Shown piece by piece: positions 22,107 to 35,214 of a stretch of DNA of 64,000 nt. The position numbers and the translations under genes were made by a program. Source of the stretch: Macrostomum hystrix (lineage: Eukaryota > Animalia > Platyhelminthes); contig CATNEN010000003.1 in assembly GCA_950097015.1 (NCBI GenBank), forward strand, positions 12,462,001 through 12,526,000. The letters run 5' to 3'. The notes under the pieces are model-generated. The model made no database searches, was not told the origin of the DNA, and saw only the letters and a list, made by a program, of their open reading frames with translations. Numbering within the stretch: position 1 is the stretch's first letter; every line of letters begins with the position of its first letter.

Positions 22107-25100
22107 ATGCCATCGAATCGAGCATTCGGTCGGCAGCAGCGCATCCAGGTCACGGAGGAGGTTAGCATTGCTGTGGCCCTGGCACTCAGTAGCCTACTGA
22201 AGCAGGCCTCGGGCGAGTACACTTTTCCGTCTTCGTTAAACTCTAATGAGCGAGCCTACGTGCACAGTGAAGCCGCTGCTCTAGGCTTGAAATCTCGGTC
22301 TCGAGGCAAAGGTCATGCGCGTCGGGTCACCGTTACTAAGCGACCAGTTGAAGTGACCGAAATGCGCCGTATCTCATTCGCGCTGTCCTGGAATTCTCGT
22401 CGCGCCATAGCCCAGATGGCGCAGCACTGCCCCCTCACGGACAAAGAGAGGGCCGATTTGTCGCCAAGAACAGACAAGACTCACGGCCAGATGAAGAATT
22501 TACAATTCACCACTGGTCGGCTCATGGGTATTGTGCCGCAGGTGGGCCTACTGTGAACTTTAGCTTTTCAATTTAGGAATTATTTACTCTAATCTAACAT
22601 TGAACCATCTAATTTAACTCAGGTGCCACAACCGCGCCGGCCAACTGAACTATCACAGTCTGCCCAGCGCCTACCTGTCTGGGAGAGACGCGACGAAATT
22701 ATCCGATTAATTAACGAGCGTCAGGTGGTGCTAATTAGCGGCGATCCAGGCACCGGTAAAACTACACAGGTAAATTACTAATTATTTATGACGTAGAAAG
22801 TCTTGTGTTAATTAGTCTTACCACCTAACCTTATCTAACCCCAGAATTTAAAGGTGTTTTAATTTATTTGTCATCCTGTCCCACTACATTCCCAGTGGTC
22901 ACAAAATATTTTATTGATCTTGCCGCTATCGCTATCTCTATTAATCACAGTAATTCAAGGTGCCGCCATATCTCTTAAGAATGAAAGTGTATTTATTTTA
23001 TCTGGACGCTACCCCTTCCAGTCCAGGTAATAAAAGTGTATTTATTTGATCTCGCCGCTATATTTAATTGATAGTTATTGTAAGTAAAACTAGTCATGAT
23101 TGGGCTATTTCATTGTGCTCACGATAAGGATCGGATAACGGGCATGCTTTTAATAATTAAACAAAGGTGTGTTGATTGATCTTGTCGCCAGGTGCCCCAG
23201 ATGATCCTAGATGATTGCGCAGCCAATCAACGCAAATGTCGCATCGTCTGCGCCCAACCGCGTCGCCTCGCCGCCGTGGCCAACGCCGAACGAGTAGCAG
23301 CCGAGCTGGGGGAAAAAGTAGGCGAAACAGTTGGCTTTCACATTCGCCTTGAGTCTAAGGTATCGCCGAAGACAACACTATTAGCCTTCTGCACCACCGG
23401 TATACTATTGCGCACACTGTCAGCTGATCCGCATAGGAGCTTTGTCCGCCAGACTACTCACGTTATTATTGACGAGATTCACGAACGCGATCGGCTAGCC
23501 GATTTTCTGCTAGTGTGCCTGCGCGATCTACTAGCCCAGCACGCTCACCTGCGCCTAATATTAATGTCGGCTAATATGCAGACTGACTTGTTTCAATCGT
23601 ATTTTCCGGATTGTCCTCTGATTTCGGTGCCTAATCGTACCTATCCTGTGCAAGATTTCTACCTGGATGAGGTGAGCGGCTTAGAGTTTTCATTCCTTTA
23701 TCCTCTTAATATTGATTCGCATCGCATGGAAGCTTGCAGCCCTGTGGTTAGAACTTCGAATTTTTACTGAGAGTTTGGGAGTTCGAATCTCAGCCCATTT
23801 AGAACAATTTAAGTCTTTGAGCGACGAGGAACTTAACACTATACATACCACATGAGTATTTAACCCGCTAAAAAATAGGGACGTTTCTTTGGACCTCGTG
23901 ATTCCAGTTGGAATCTGCGGTGTTTCCAGAAAAAGAAACAGCCGACCGCTGGAAACATACCAATCGGATGATTCCATGCTTAGAATCTACCGAACTGGGC
24001 GTTTTCTCGGAGCTTCTTGGTGGCGAAATGGAATCACCCTAAGAATCCTCCAGTTCGGAAGATTCCATGCTCAGAAACCGCCGAGGAATCGCCCGTAAAT
24101 AATTCTCTGGTTGTCCCATGGGCCACTGGTTCGGGTGATTCTTCGGTGGTTTCCGCACAATTTACGGTTACATCGGCTGTTTCCTGGGTGATTTCTTTAA
24201 CTCTTGCGAGATAGGGGGGATTTCGGTAGATTCCACTCCTATTTTGCACAAAAAACCCGCCGAAGAAGCAGCCGAATTTTTTTACAGGGTAAAGTACCCA
24301 CATTATTACTATTTTCTGTATCTTCTAAAATATATCAACCAATCGCCATAAATATCAAGACCACTTCCAGAATCGCAAATCGTCGTGGTGTTAGTGGCAA
24401 AAAACTATATAGGCATTATGTTAGTTGTCCTTGTCACCAAGGTATTCGACTAGAGTCGTGGGATTTGAAAGTTAGTTCATCGTAAAACGCCGAAAATATT
24501 AATCCAAATGGTTGACTTTGACGAAAATCGGTCCATCGTGAAGTAGGCAGTGAGTATTTGAAATGCCTCTGTGGTTTCCCCCTTGGGAAAATAATGTGGT
24601 TTATCGTTTATCCAGGTGTAAAATTATAGTAAAATGGGTACCAGCATCAGCTTGGTTAGAGTTTTTATATTCTTACCTCACCTCAGATCCTCGACATGAC
24701 CGGCTATCGAGGCGGTGCCGCCGCAGTTGCCGCCACTCGGGCCGCAGCTAACGCCGCCGCAGCCGCGGCCGAAGTTGCTCTCGAACACTGGTGCGGCAGC
24801 GGCGAGAAAAACTGTGTCGCTAATAGCGACGATCTCGAATCAACTTTCGCGTCGTTAAGTGTTGTCAATGTCAACAATACGTCAAAAGTATTTGATCTAG
24901 CTGATCAGGACTCGGATCTAGCCTACTCCAGCGAAGAGTCGGCCGCTGCTGCTGCCGAATTCGATCAACTACTCAGCCGCGCCTGGACTTCAAACGATCG
25001 AGCCGCTCTAGACCGAGCTGTGACGCTGATTCGCTCCGGTCTAGTCCCTATCGATCGACCGCATTCCGATACGGGCGCCACCGCCCTCATGGTGGCTGCC

Positions 25101-28100
25101 GGTCGAGGCTTCATTGGCTGCATCGACACCCTACTGACCTGCCTGAGAGCGAATCCGTTGTTTAGGGCGCCAAACGGTTGGTGCGCAGTCGACTGGGCCG
25201 ATAAGTTCGGCCATGAGCGCGCAGTGGCGCTCATTAACGCGCACACGGCTGCCAATTCCATAGCCGAAGAAGCTATTGATTGTCGAGTGGATTGCGAACT
25301 GGTTGTGCGACTTTTACAGGTTAGTTGATTATCCATTCATATCAGACAGTGACATCTGAAAATGATTCTAGAGACACATATGTACAAGTACAATCACAAG
25401 TACACCCATACATCGGCCCTAAATTTCACCCATTGATAAAATCAGAATTAATCTGATTAATTCCCAACCCTGAAATCACACCCACCTCGAATTGAAATCA
25501 CCCCTAATTACATCCACTCCATAATTACCCTCACCTGAAACTGCTCCAACCCCTTTCTACACTCACTTGATATTGTAACCACAATTAATTACACCCGCAT
25601 GAGAACGCATACTAATTAACCCACACCTAATTTTACTCACTAAATTACACTGAAATTATGTTACATTTATCTTTATTTTTTAGTCGTCATTATTATACAC
25701 TAGAAACATGCTAACATCACTTATCAAGTAACCGTATATGATTTTTACCAATTACACCTCCACAGACCATCCACCAGACCTACCCGATGCCATCGGATCG
25801 ACGCAGTGGCGCTGTTCTAATCTTTGTGCCCGGCTTCGAGGACATCATGTCTCTGTACCAGATGATCCGTCAATCTAATCTGTCATTTGCCCGAGTTGCC
25901 ATGCTGTTTGTGCTGCATTCCCAGCTGAAACTGGACGACCAGAAAGCGGTGAGCTAGTGCTGATTGTTGAGACACCCAGCCCTCAATTTGGACACCTAGC
26001 CCTCTATTAGGACACCCAGACCTCTATTAGGACACCCAGACCTCTATTAGGACACCCAGACCTATTTTAAGACACCCAGCCCTCTATTAGGACACCCAGA
26101 CCTCTATTAGGACACCCAGACCTCTATTAGGACACCCAGACCTCATTTAAGACACCCAGCCCTCCATTAAGACACCCAGACCTCTATTACGACACCCAGA
26201 CCTCTATTAGAACACCCAACCCTCTATTAGGCTCTATTAGGACACCCAGACCTCTATTAGGACACCCAGACCTCTATTAGGACACCCAGACCTATTTTAA
26301 GACACCCAGCCCTCTATTAAGACACCCAGACCTCTATTGGGACACCCAGACCTCTATTAGGACACCCAGACCTATTTTAAGACACCCAGCCCTCTATTAA
26401 GACACCCAGACCTCTATTAAGACACCCAGACCTCTATTAGAACACCCAGCCCTCTATTAGGACACCCAGACCTCTATTAGGACACCCAGACCTCTATTAG
26501 GACACCCAACCCTCTATTAGGGCACCCAGACCTCTATTAGGACACCCAGACCTCTATTAGGACACCCAGACCTCTATTAGGACACCCAGACCTCTATTAG
26601 GATACCCAGACCTATTTTAAGACACCCAGCCCTCTATTAAGACACCCAGACCTCTATTGGGACACCCAGACCTCTATTAGGACACCCAGACCTATTTTAA
26701 GACACCCAGCCCTCTATTAAGACACCCAGACCTCTATTAGGACACCCAGACCTCTATTAGAACACCCAGCCCTCTATTAGGACACCCAGACCTCTATTAG
26801 GACACCCAGACCTCTATTAGGACATCCAACCCTCTATTAGGGCACCCAGACCTCTATTAGGACACCCAGACCTCTATTAGGACACCCAGACCTCTATTAG
26901 GACACCCAGACCTCTATTAGGACACCCAGACCTATTTTAAGACACCCAGCCCTCTATTAAAACACCCAGACCTCTATTAGAACACCCAGCCCTCTATTAG
27001 GACACCCAGACCTCTATTAGGACACCCAACCCTCTATTAGGGCACCCAGACCTCTATTAGGACACCCAGACCTCTATTAGGACACCCAGACCTCTATTAG
27101 GACACCCAACCCTCTATTAGGGCACCCAGACCTCTATTAGGACACCCAGACCTCTATTAGGACACCCAGACCTCTATTAGGACACCCAGACCTCTATTAG
27201 GACACCCAGACCTATTTTAAGACACCCAGCCCTCTATTAAAACACCCAGACCTCTATTAGAACACCCAGCCCTCTATTAGGACACCCAGACCTCTATTAG
27301 GACACCCAGACCTATTTTAAGACACCCAGCCCTCTATTAGGACACCCAGACCTCATTTAAGACACCCAGCCCTCTATTAAGACACCCAGACGTCTATTAG
27401 GACACCCAGACCTCTATTAAGACACCCAGACCTAATACTGAGACACCCAGATCTAATACTGAGACACCCAGATCTAATACTGAGACACCCAGATCTAATA
27501 CTGAGACACCCAGATCTAATACTGAGACACCCAGACCTAATACTGAGACACCCAGACCTAATACTGAGACACCCAGCCCAGGACCTAATACTGAGACACC
27601 CAGGCCTAATACTGAGACACCCAGGCCTAATACTGAGACATCGAGACCTTAAAAATATGACGAGACACCCTCCATTCACTCCTGTTAATCCAAACCAAGC
27701 AACCATAAATCACCAACTAATCTGTGTAACCTATTCTCAGGTATTTCGCCCATCGCCACCGGACCGTCGGAAAGTGATCCTGGCCACAAACATCGCCGAG
27801 ACCTCCCTGACCATAGACGATGTCAGTTTCGTTGTGGACACCGGCCTAGCCAAAGAGAAATGGCTAGACGCTAGCACCGGAGTAGTCACTTTCCAATGCG
27901 CCTGGATAGCTCAGAGCAGCGCCAATCAGCGCAGAGGCCGCTGCGGTCGTTGCAGTCCGGGCGTTTGTTTTCACCTGTACACCAGACAGAGGCACGCGGC
28001 TATGCAGCCCTACCCGCTGCCTGAGATCAGTCGCTATCCATTGGAGGAGCTCTGCTTGCAGAGTCGACTATTGGTGCCTACACCGGACCTGACGACTGGC

Positions 28101-31100
28101 TGTGGGGCGTCAGCCGGTACTTCAGCTTGCAGTATCGCCGATTTTCTAGCCAAAACTCTGGAACCACCGCCGGCCGAGAATGTGCTCGCCTCCGTGACAC
28201 TGCTGAAGGAGATGGACGCCCTAGACACCTTTGAGGTTGGCTATAACCTATAGCAGTCCAATTTTCTAGTTAGAATTCCTATCCCCTAATTCTAATACCT
28301 ATTTCGACATTCCAATCCCCTAGTTTGACATTCCCATCCCCTAGTTTGACATTCCAATTTTCTAGTTTGACATTCCAAACCCCTAGTTTGACATTCCAAT
28401 CCCCTAGTTAGACATTCCAAACCCATAGTTTGACATTCCAATCCCCTAGTTGGACATTCCAATTTTCTAGTTTGACATTCCAAACCCATAGTTTGACATT
28501 CCAATCCCCTAGTTTGACATTCCAATCCTCTAGTTTGACATTCCAATCCCCTAGTTTGACATTCCAATCCTCTAGTTTGACATTCCAATCCCCTAGTTTG
28601 ACATTCCAATCCCATAGTTTGACATTCCAATCCCATAGTTTGACATTCCAATCCCCTAGTTTGACATTCCAATCCCCTAGTTTGACATTCCAATCCCCTA
28701 GTTGGACATTCCAATCCTCTAGTTTGACATTCCAATCCCCTAGTTTGACATTCCAATTTTCTAGTTTGACATTCCAATTTTCTAGTTTGACATTCCAATC
28801 CCCTAGTTTGACATTCCAATCCTCTAGTTTGACATTCCAATCCCCTAGTTTGACATTCCAATCCCATAGTTTGACATTCCAATCCCCTAGTTTGACATTC
28901 CAATCCCATAGTTTGACATTCCAATCCCATAGTTTGACATTCCAATCCCATAGTTTGACATTCCAATCCCCTAGTTTGACATTCCGATCTCATAGTTTGA
29001 CATTTCAATTCCCTTCTTAGTCACCTTAATCCCATAGTCAGTCGCCCCAATCATGAATGTTGGAATTATAGTGGGATTGTATAATATATGTATATATACT
29101 GGATTTTTGGGATTACACTAAAAATCCCAATCTTATCACCGTGTGACATCGAAAATAAAGGTCAAACTTTTTATCGCTGTCATTTCTCAGGATCTAACAG
29201 AGCTTGGCCTGCACCTGTGCGACCTGCCGATTGAGCCGCGTCTAGCTAAAATGGTCCTGATTGGCGTCATCCTCAAATGCATCGATCCCGTACTAACTAT
29301 TGCGGCAATTTTATCCTACCGCGAGCCGTTCATTATCCCAACTGAGCCGGGCAAACGCTCGGCTGCTGTTGCTGTTCGACGAAAATTTAGCGTCGATACG
29401 CACAGCGATCACATGTCGCTATTGAGGGCGTTTCAACAATGGCAGAGGGCGCGCAGCGAAGGCTGGGAGGCCAACTTCTGCGATAGGAACTACATCTCCG
29501 GCGCGGCGTTCGAAATGATTCTAGGCATTCGCAGTCAACTGCTGGGCCAACTGAGGGCTAGCACTTTTGTCAAGACTAAAGGCTCCGGCGATGTTAGAGA
29601 CTTGAATACTAATTCTGAGAATTGGGCCGTTGTTAAGGCCGCTCTGGTTGCTGGCAGCTATCCGAATCTGGCTAAAGTGAGTACAGTTTTCTAGTTGTCA
29701 CCTGGTTGTTAAGTTGCTTTGGTCTTTCTAGTCATTGGAATCTAGCCCAACTATTCCAAATCTTTCATTTCGATCCTAAATCGGTCATTTTGATCCCAAA
29801 TCTCTCATTTTGATCCCAAATTTGTCATTTCTATCCTAAATCTTTAATTTCGATCCTAACTCTGTCATTTTGATCCCAAATCTGTCATATTGATCCCAAA
29901 TTTGTCATTTCGATCCTAAATCTTTCATTTCGATCCTAACTCTGTCATCTTGATCCCAAATCGGTCATTTTGATCCCAAATCTGTCATTTCGATCCTAAA
30001 TCTTTCATTTCGATCCTAACTCTGTCATCTTGATCCCAAATCGGTCATTTTGATCCCAAATTTGTCATTTGGATCCCAAATTTGTCATTTCGATCCTAAA
30101 TCTTTCATTTCGATCCTAACTCTGTCATCTTGATCCCAAATCGGTCATTTTGATCCCAAATCTGTCATTTGGATCCCAAATTTGTCATTTCGATCCTAAA
30201 TCTTTCATTTCGATCCTAACTCTGTCATCTTGATCCCAAATCTGTCATTTTGATCCCAAATTTGTCATTTCGATCCTAAATCTTTCATTTCGATCCTAAC
30301 TCTGTCATCTTGATCCCAAATCTGTCATTTTGATCCCAAATTTGTCATTTAGATCCCTAATGTGTCATCTTGATCCTAAATCTGTCATTTTGATCCCAAT
30401 TCTGTCATTTTAATCCTAAATCTGTCATTTTGATCCCAAATCTGTCATTTTGATCCCAAATTTGTCATTTAGATCCCAAATGTGTCATCTTGATCCTAAA
30501 TCTGTCATTTTGATCCCAAATCTGTCATTTTGATCCAAAATTTGTCATTTAGATCCCAAATGTGTCATCTTGATCCTAAATCTGTCATTTTGATCCCAAA
30601 TCTGTCATTTTGATCCCAAATCTGTCATTTTGATCACAAAAAATCTTGACCCGAGATCTAAAAGTTTATCCCTTAACTTCGATAAATCCCAAAACGGTCG
30701 TTTTTGACCAAGAATCGAAAATTGTAATCCCAAATCTAAAAATGTTATCCCTCTAATTTGATTAATCCCCAATCCGTCGATTTATCCAAAATCTAAAATT
30801 GTTATCCCTAATCTTCAATTGATCACAAAAAGGATATTTTAATCCCAAGTCTTCGATTTATCCCACCCCTCAGGTTGATCGCGAACGTCGCCGGCTCTAC
30901 TCTCGCAGCGTTCATTGCGTCCGATTTCATCCTCAATCAGTTCTCAGCCCGGGTCCACAGGAGACACACGCTATGGCCGTGGATCAGCTGCCCAGCGATT
31001 GGCTAGTCTACAACGAAGCTGTGCGGAGCGGCGGCGGCCGAATCGCCCACATCCGGTGCGCCACCCTAGTCAGCCCGGCTGCCGTCCTGCTATTCGCCGG

Positions 31101-33587
31101 TTCGACTCGCCTACCAGCCGACTATGTCGCCAAGCTGGAGCGCTCGTTGGCTAACCCAAACGGTAGCGATTCGAATACTGGCGACAAACACCGACAGCAG
31201 CATCATCGTCATCAACGACAAGCTGGCACAGATGAAGCTGCCGCCGGCGACAATTTCGGCGAAGCCAACGACGGTCTGGATGATTTTGCCGACAATGAAA
31301 ATGATATCTACGACTGCGACGATGACAATGATGGCGACGACGAATTTGAAGACTACGACGAGGATCTGCTAGACGACGAAAATGGCGGATGCGGCGATGC
31401 CAACACCGCCACCTCCTCTGATCAGGTAGTTCTTTTTTCTGTAGATTCTGTAGAATCATAAATAACGGGCCACTGCGTTTTTTTCTAATTATAATAAAAG
31501 TAATTTATTGCAACTGCCCCAATCGGGCCAGATGTGCAGCCGACAGCACAGCCGCAGCTGTTGCGCGGCGCATCTGAAGGCTGCGTACGGCTGTTCAGTC
31601 CATGGACTGGGGGGACGCCACACTCACCCCTAATTACTACCAGCTAATGCTGTACCCATTAAACAACTGGGTGAACTGAAGCAATGCAGAGTTAAGTGTA
31701 TTTCTAAAGGACACAAATTGTTCCAGGGGAGTCGGAAATCGAACCCGCGACCTTCATAGCGTGAGTCCGACGTCCTAACCACTAGGCTACAACCTCTTTT
31801 TATTTTCTAAGAAAAGAATCTTCTTGTTTTTCTAAGAAAATAGGCAAATAATATTGTATGAATGTCTCATTTAGGTAGGCAGGCAGCAGCAGCGTCGCCC
31901 GCTGGCCCTATCTGTTGATCGTTGGATTCGAGTCCGTTCAGATCCGGAGTCTCTGAGTTGCCTGCTGCAGCTAAGATTGAAATTCAGCGCCCTGCTATTG
32001 AGGCGAGTCAGGAATCCAGCCAAACTGCTCAGCTATCAGGACGAGGCTGTGCTCAAAACTCTGGTCAATGTGCTCACCTACGAAGAGCAGGCTCTGGGCC
32101 TGCGACAGCCAGCCGGCGTTGGCGCCAAGCCCAGACAGATCGGGGCTGCCGATTCGCTGTTCCGACCGCCGGCTGTTGCCGACGATGACTGCGCCAGATC
32201 GAGCTCTCCGCCGCAGCCGACGCCGCCGCCGCCGCCCCCGATACAGCCGGCGACACTGACAACGCAGCTGCATCTTTCGCTGTCGCCTACCGTTTCAACA
32301 GCCGCCTCTAGGATGTCTTCAATCGAAATCGCTCCTACGCCGCCGCAGCCAATGCAGCAGCAACATCAGCAGCAGCAGGTAAGAAATCAATTTTTGTTGA
32401 GTTACTTAAACAGACTTATCCCTCCCTCTGACCCATCCATTCCTCTGACCCATCCATTCCTCTGACCCATCCATTCCTCTGACCCATCCATTCCTCTGAA
32501 CCATACATTCATCTGACCCATCCATTCCTCTGACCCATCCATTCCTCTGACCCATCCATTCCTCTGACCCATCCATTCCTCTGACCCATCCATTCCTCTG
32601 ACCCATCCATTCCTCTGACCCATCCATTCCTTTCACCCATTCATCCATCTCACCCACCCGTCCCTTATTTGACATAAAACTTGAAGTCATAGTTATCAAG
32701 CATCCGATTGCACCATCTTTGCCTTCAAAGCAGCTCCCAAGTCATTCTCAGCCGCAGCAATCTTTGCCACCGGTGGCGTCGCAGCAGCAGCAGCAGCAGC
32801 AGGTGCCTCGCAGCAAGCGCTACTTCCTGCTTCCAGTCAGCAGTCCCGGACTGTGGTCTCTAGCCCAGACTCGCTGCACTCTGCCAGTCTCGCCAACGCT
32901 CGAGCGTCGCCTGTCGAGCGCTCTGAGCGACGTTTCTAGCAGCGTCGGCGCGAGCGGCAGTGCCGGACCAGGTAGCGGCGTCCTACTGCTGATCCTATTC
33001 ACTAGGCGGCCGGAGCTATCCACTGATTCTGTCGCTTCATCGGCGCCTTCTTCAATGCTAGGCCTGGCTCGCTTGCGCAGCGTTGTTCAATCAGATCAAG
33101 ACGGATCTAGCCGTGCCTGCTTTGACTGGCTGCATCAACAGCAAAGAGCAACAAATCATATTGACGACCAACAACAGCAGCAGCTAAACCATGCCGACAT
33201 CACCCGAGACAGCGGATCAGGCATTGAACTGCCCATAGCTGAAGCTGAGAGACTGTTGAATATGTTTAGCCTCGGCGGCGCTCTGTCGCAAGCGTCATCT
33301 CAAGCTGCCTTAGCTGCCAGCAGGACAACCACCGCCTGTGCTCAACAGCAGCAGCATGAGCAGCAGCAGCAGCAGCAGCAGTTATTCACCTCTCGTTCTG
33401 CAGCTGCCGTCACTGCTCCAGCCATCGCCTCGCGTGTGGCTCACGGCAATTTTCATCAGCAAAGTCATCATCACCAGCTCATTCAGCAGCAGCAGCAGCA
33501 TCAAGTCCCAATGTGGCTGCAGACAGCCAGCGGTCAGCGTGTGTTAGTAGCTGCTAGTACAAATGTCAATTTAATTCAGCAGCAGCC

Positions 33588-33623
<36 letters not shown>

Positions 33624-33879
33624 CAATGATGCCAGATTGTACTTGGCTGCCGCTGCTAATCTTCAGATGCGAGCTGCCGCCGCCGCTGCCGCCGCCGCCG
33701 CTACCTCAACTGGAACTCTCAATCAGCAGCCGCAGCAGCAGCAGCAGCTACTGCTTTTGCAACAGCAGCTGCAAGCTCATGCACAAGCCCAGGGACAGCA
33801 GCAGCAAAATACCCTGGTAGCTATAATGGCTGCACTTCAGCAACAGCAGCTGCCGCCGCAGAATCATTTTTCAAAATAA
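22107..33879 (+). CDS. YTHDC2: 3'-5' RNA helicase YTHDC2 (exons 22107-22541, 22623-22769, 23192-23671, 24687-25319, 25766-25948, 27741-28235, 29191-29676, 30874-31425, 31875-32378, 32731-33879)
   Basis: R3H (FPSSLNSNERAYVH...LGLKSRSRGKG), GDPGTGKTTQ, QPRRLAA, DEIHERD, ankyrin insert (TGATALMVAAGRG), LIFVPG, ATNIAETSLTIDDV, QRRGRCGR, HA2 (LTELGLHLCDLPIEPRLAKM), SENWAVVKAAL, OB region and a YTH-like C-terminus. This domain order is diagnostic. Confidence 0.95.
23864..24289. mobile_element. Non-autonomous CMC/EnSpm-like element in YTHDC2 intron 3
   Basis: Ends CCCGCTAAAAAAT ... ATTTTTTTACAGGG, flanked by TAA on both sides (3-bp TSD); internal GGAATC/GATTCC and CCGAACTGG/CCAGTTCGG inverted motifs. 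Confidence 0.55.
25968..27640 (+). repeat. 20-bp minisatellite GACACCCAGACCTCTATTAG grading into a 21-bp variant
   Basis: Over 70 visible tandem units in YTHDC2 intron 5. Confidence 0.97.
28300..29012 (+). repeat. 21-bp minisatellite TAGTTTGACATTCCAATCCCC
   Basis: Tandem units in YTHDC2 intron 6; explains spurious ORFs 28292..29008 and 28430..29020. Confidence 0.97.
29755..30640 (+). repeat. 20-bp minisatellite TCTGTCATTTTGATCCCAAA
   Basis: Tandem units in YTHDC2 intron 7. Confidence 0.97.
31503..31796 (-). mobile_element. CORE-type SINE family 1, full-length copy
   Basis: Reverse-complement match to 3714-4020 across head, core and tail. Confidence 0.88.
32420..32645 (+). repeat. 17-bp minisatellite CCATCCATTCCTCTGAC
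   Basis: Tandem units in YTHDC2 intron 9. Confidence 0.95.
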
Positions 33880-34127
33880 TTTCTCTAAAATTATTAATTT
33901 AGCGGCACTGCATAAGCTGATATAACAAATTTCTCAATTAACTTTCACAAGGCATTCTCTTTTGCTGTCGTTAGTTCTACGTTTTCCAGCGTCAAAAATT
34001 CTTGTTTAGCTTCTATATTAACGATCTTATTGTTCTCAAGCGTTGGTACACAATCTTGTTTTTTGTTTTTTTTTGTTGTTATTTGTAACTAAAAAGTGAA
34101 ATAGGAAATCAGAAGGATTCGATAGGG

Positions 34128-34650
34128 AAGCAGACAGGTGAGATAAGAGATCAGACAGGTGAGATAAGAGATCAGACAGATGAGATAAGAGATCAGACAG
34201 GCGAGATAAGAGATCAGACAGGCGAGATAATAGATCAGAGCGGTGAGATAAGAGATCAGACAGGCGAGATAATAGATCAGAGCGGTGAGATAAGAGATCA
34301 GACAGGTGAGATAAGAGATCAGACAGGTGAGATAAGAGATCAGAGCGGTGAGATAAGAGATCAGACAGGCGAGATAATAGATCAGAGCAGTGAGATAAGA
34401 GATCAGACAGGCGAGATAATAGATCAGAGCGGTGAGATAAGAGATCAGACAGGTGAGATAAGAGATCAGACAGGTGAGATAAGAGATCAGACAGGCAAGA
34501 TAATAGATCAGAGCAGTAAGATAAGAGATCAGACAGGCGAGATAATAGATCAGAGCGGTGAGATAAGAGATCAGACAGGTGAGATAAGAGATCAGAGCGG
34601 TGAGATAAGAGATCAGACAGGTGAGATAAGAGATCAGACAGGTGAGATGA
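34128..34650 (+). repeat. 21-bp minisatellite AGATAAGAGATCAGACAGGTG
   Basis: About 24 tandem units downstream of the YTHDC2 stop codon. Confidence 0.97.
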
Positions 34651-35214
34651 GTGTTCTTTAGCGTTTTTATCATATAATATAAGTTAGTTGTTATCAATAG
34701 CATTGTTTCGTTTTTGCTTCTGTTATCAATCGCACTGTTGCACTATACTAGTGTACCAGTTTGTTTATCAGTTTGGCTAGGCAGCTTATTAAAATTTAGT
34801 TTGTTTGTTTTTCGTCTAGGATAACAGCTTCATAAAATTGTTTTTGTATTTTCTCTGTGTTTTTCATGTTGTCCTTTTGTTGCCTAACCTATTTTTCCCT
34901 CTACGTTAAAAACTTTTTGCATTTACTCGGATGTAAGCAAAGCCAGTTTTTCTTGCGCTTTTTCAGCCTAGTTTTTTGTGTTTCGATAATAAGAAAAAGC
35001 AAAAAATCGTTTTTCGTTCACAACTCTTGGGTATATTAATAATTTGTTTTTGTTTTATCACAGCGAGTTTTTTTCTGTGAAAGTTTATATCAGAGAAAAT
35101 GAAATTATAATATACGGTTTTCTGTTTTTTAGTTTAATTCTGTTTGGTTAGAATTATTTGAGTGTTTGAAGTTCTTCCTCTGGTAAATTTATTTCTGACG
35201 AAAATTGAACAGTG

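Noticed and set aside
25968-30640. CRISPR-like arrays
   Set aside because: Head-to-tail minisatellites with no unique spacers, in eukaryotic introns, and no cas genes.
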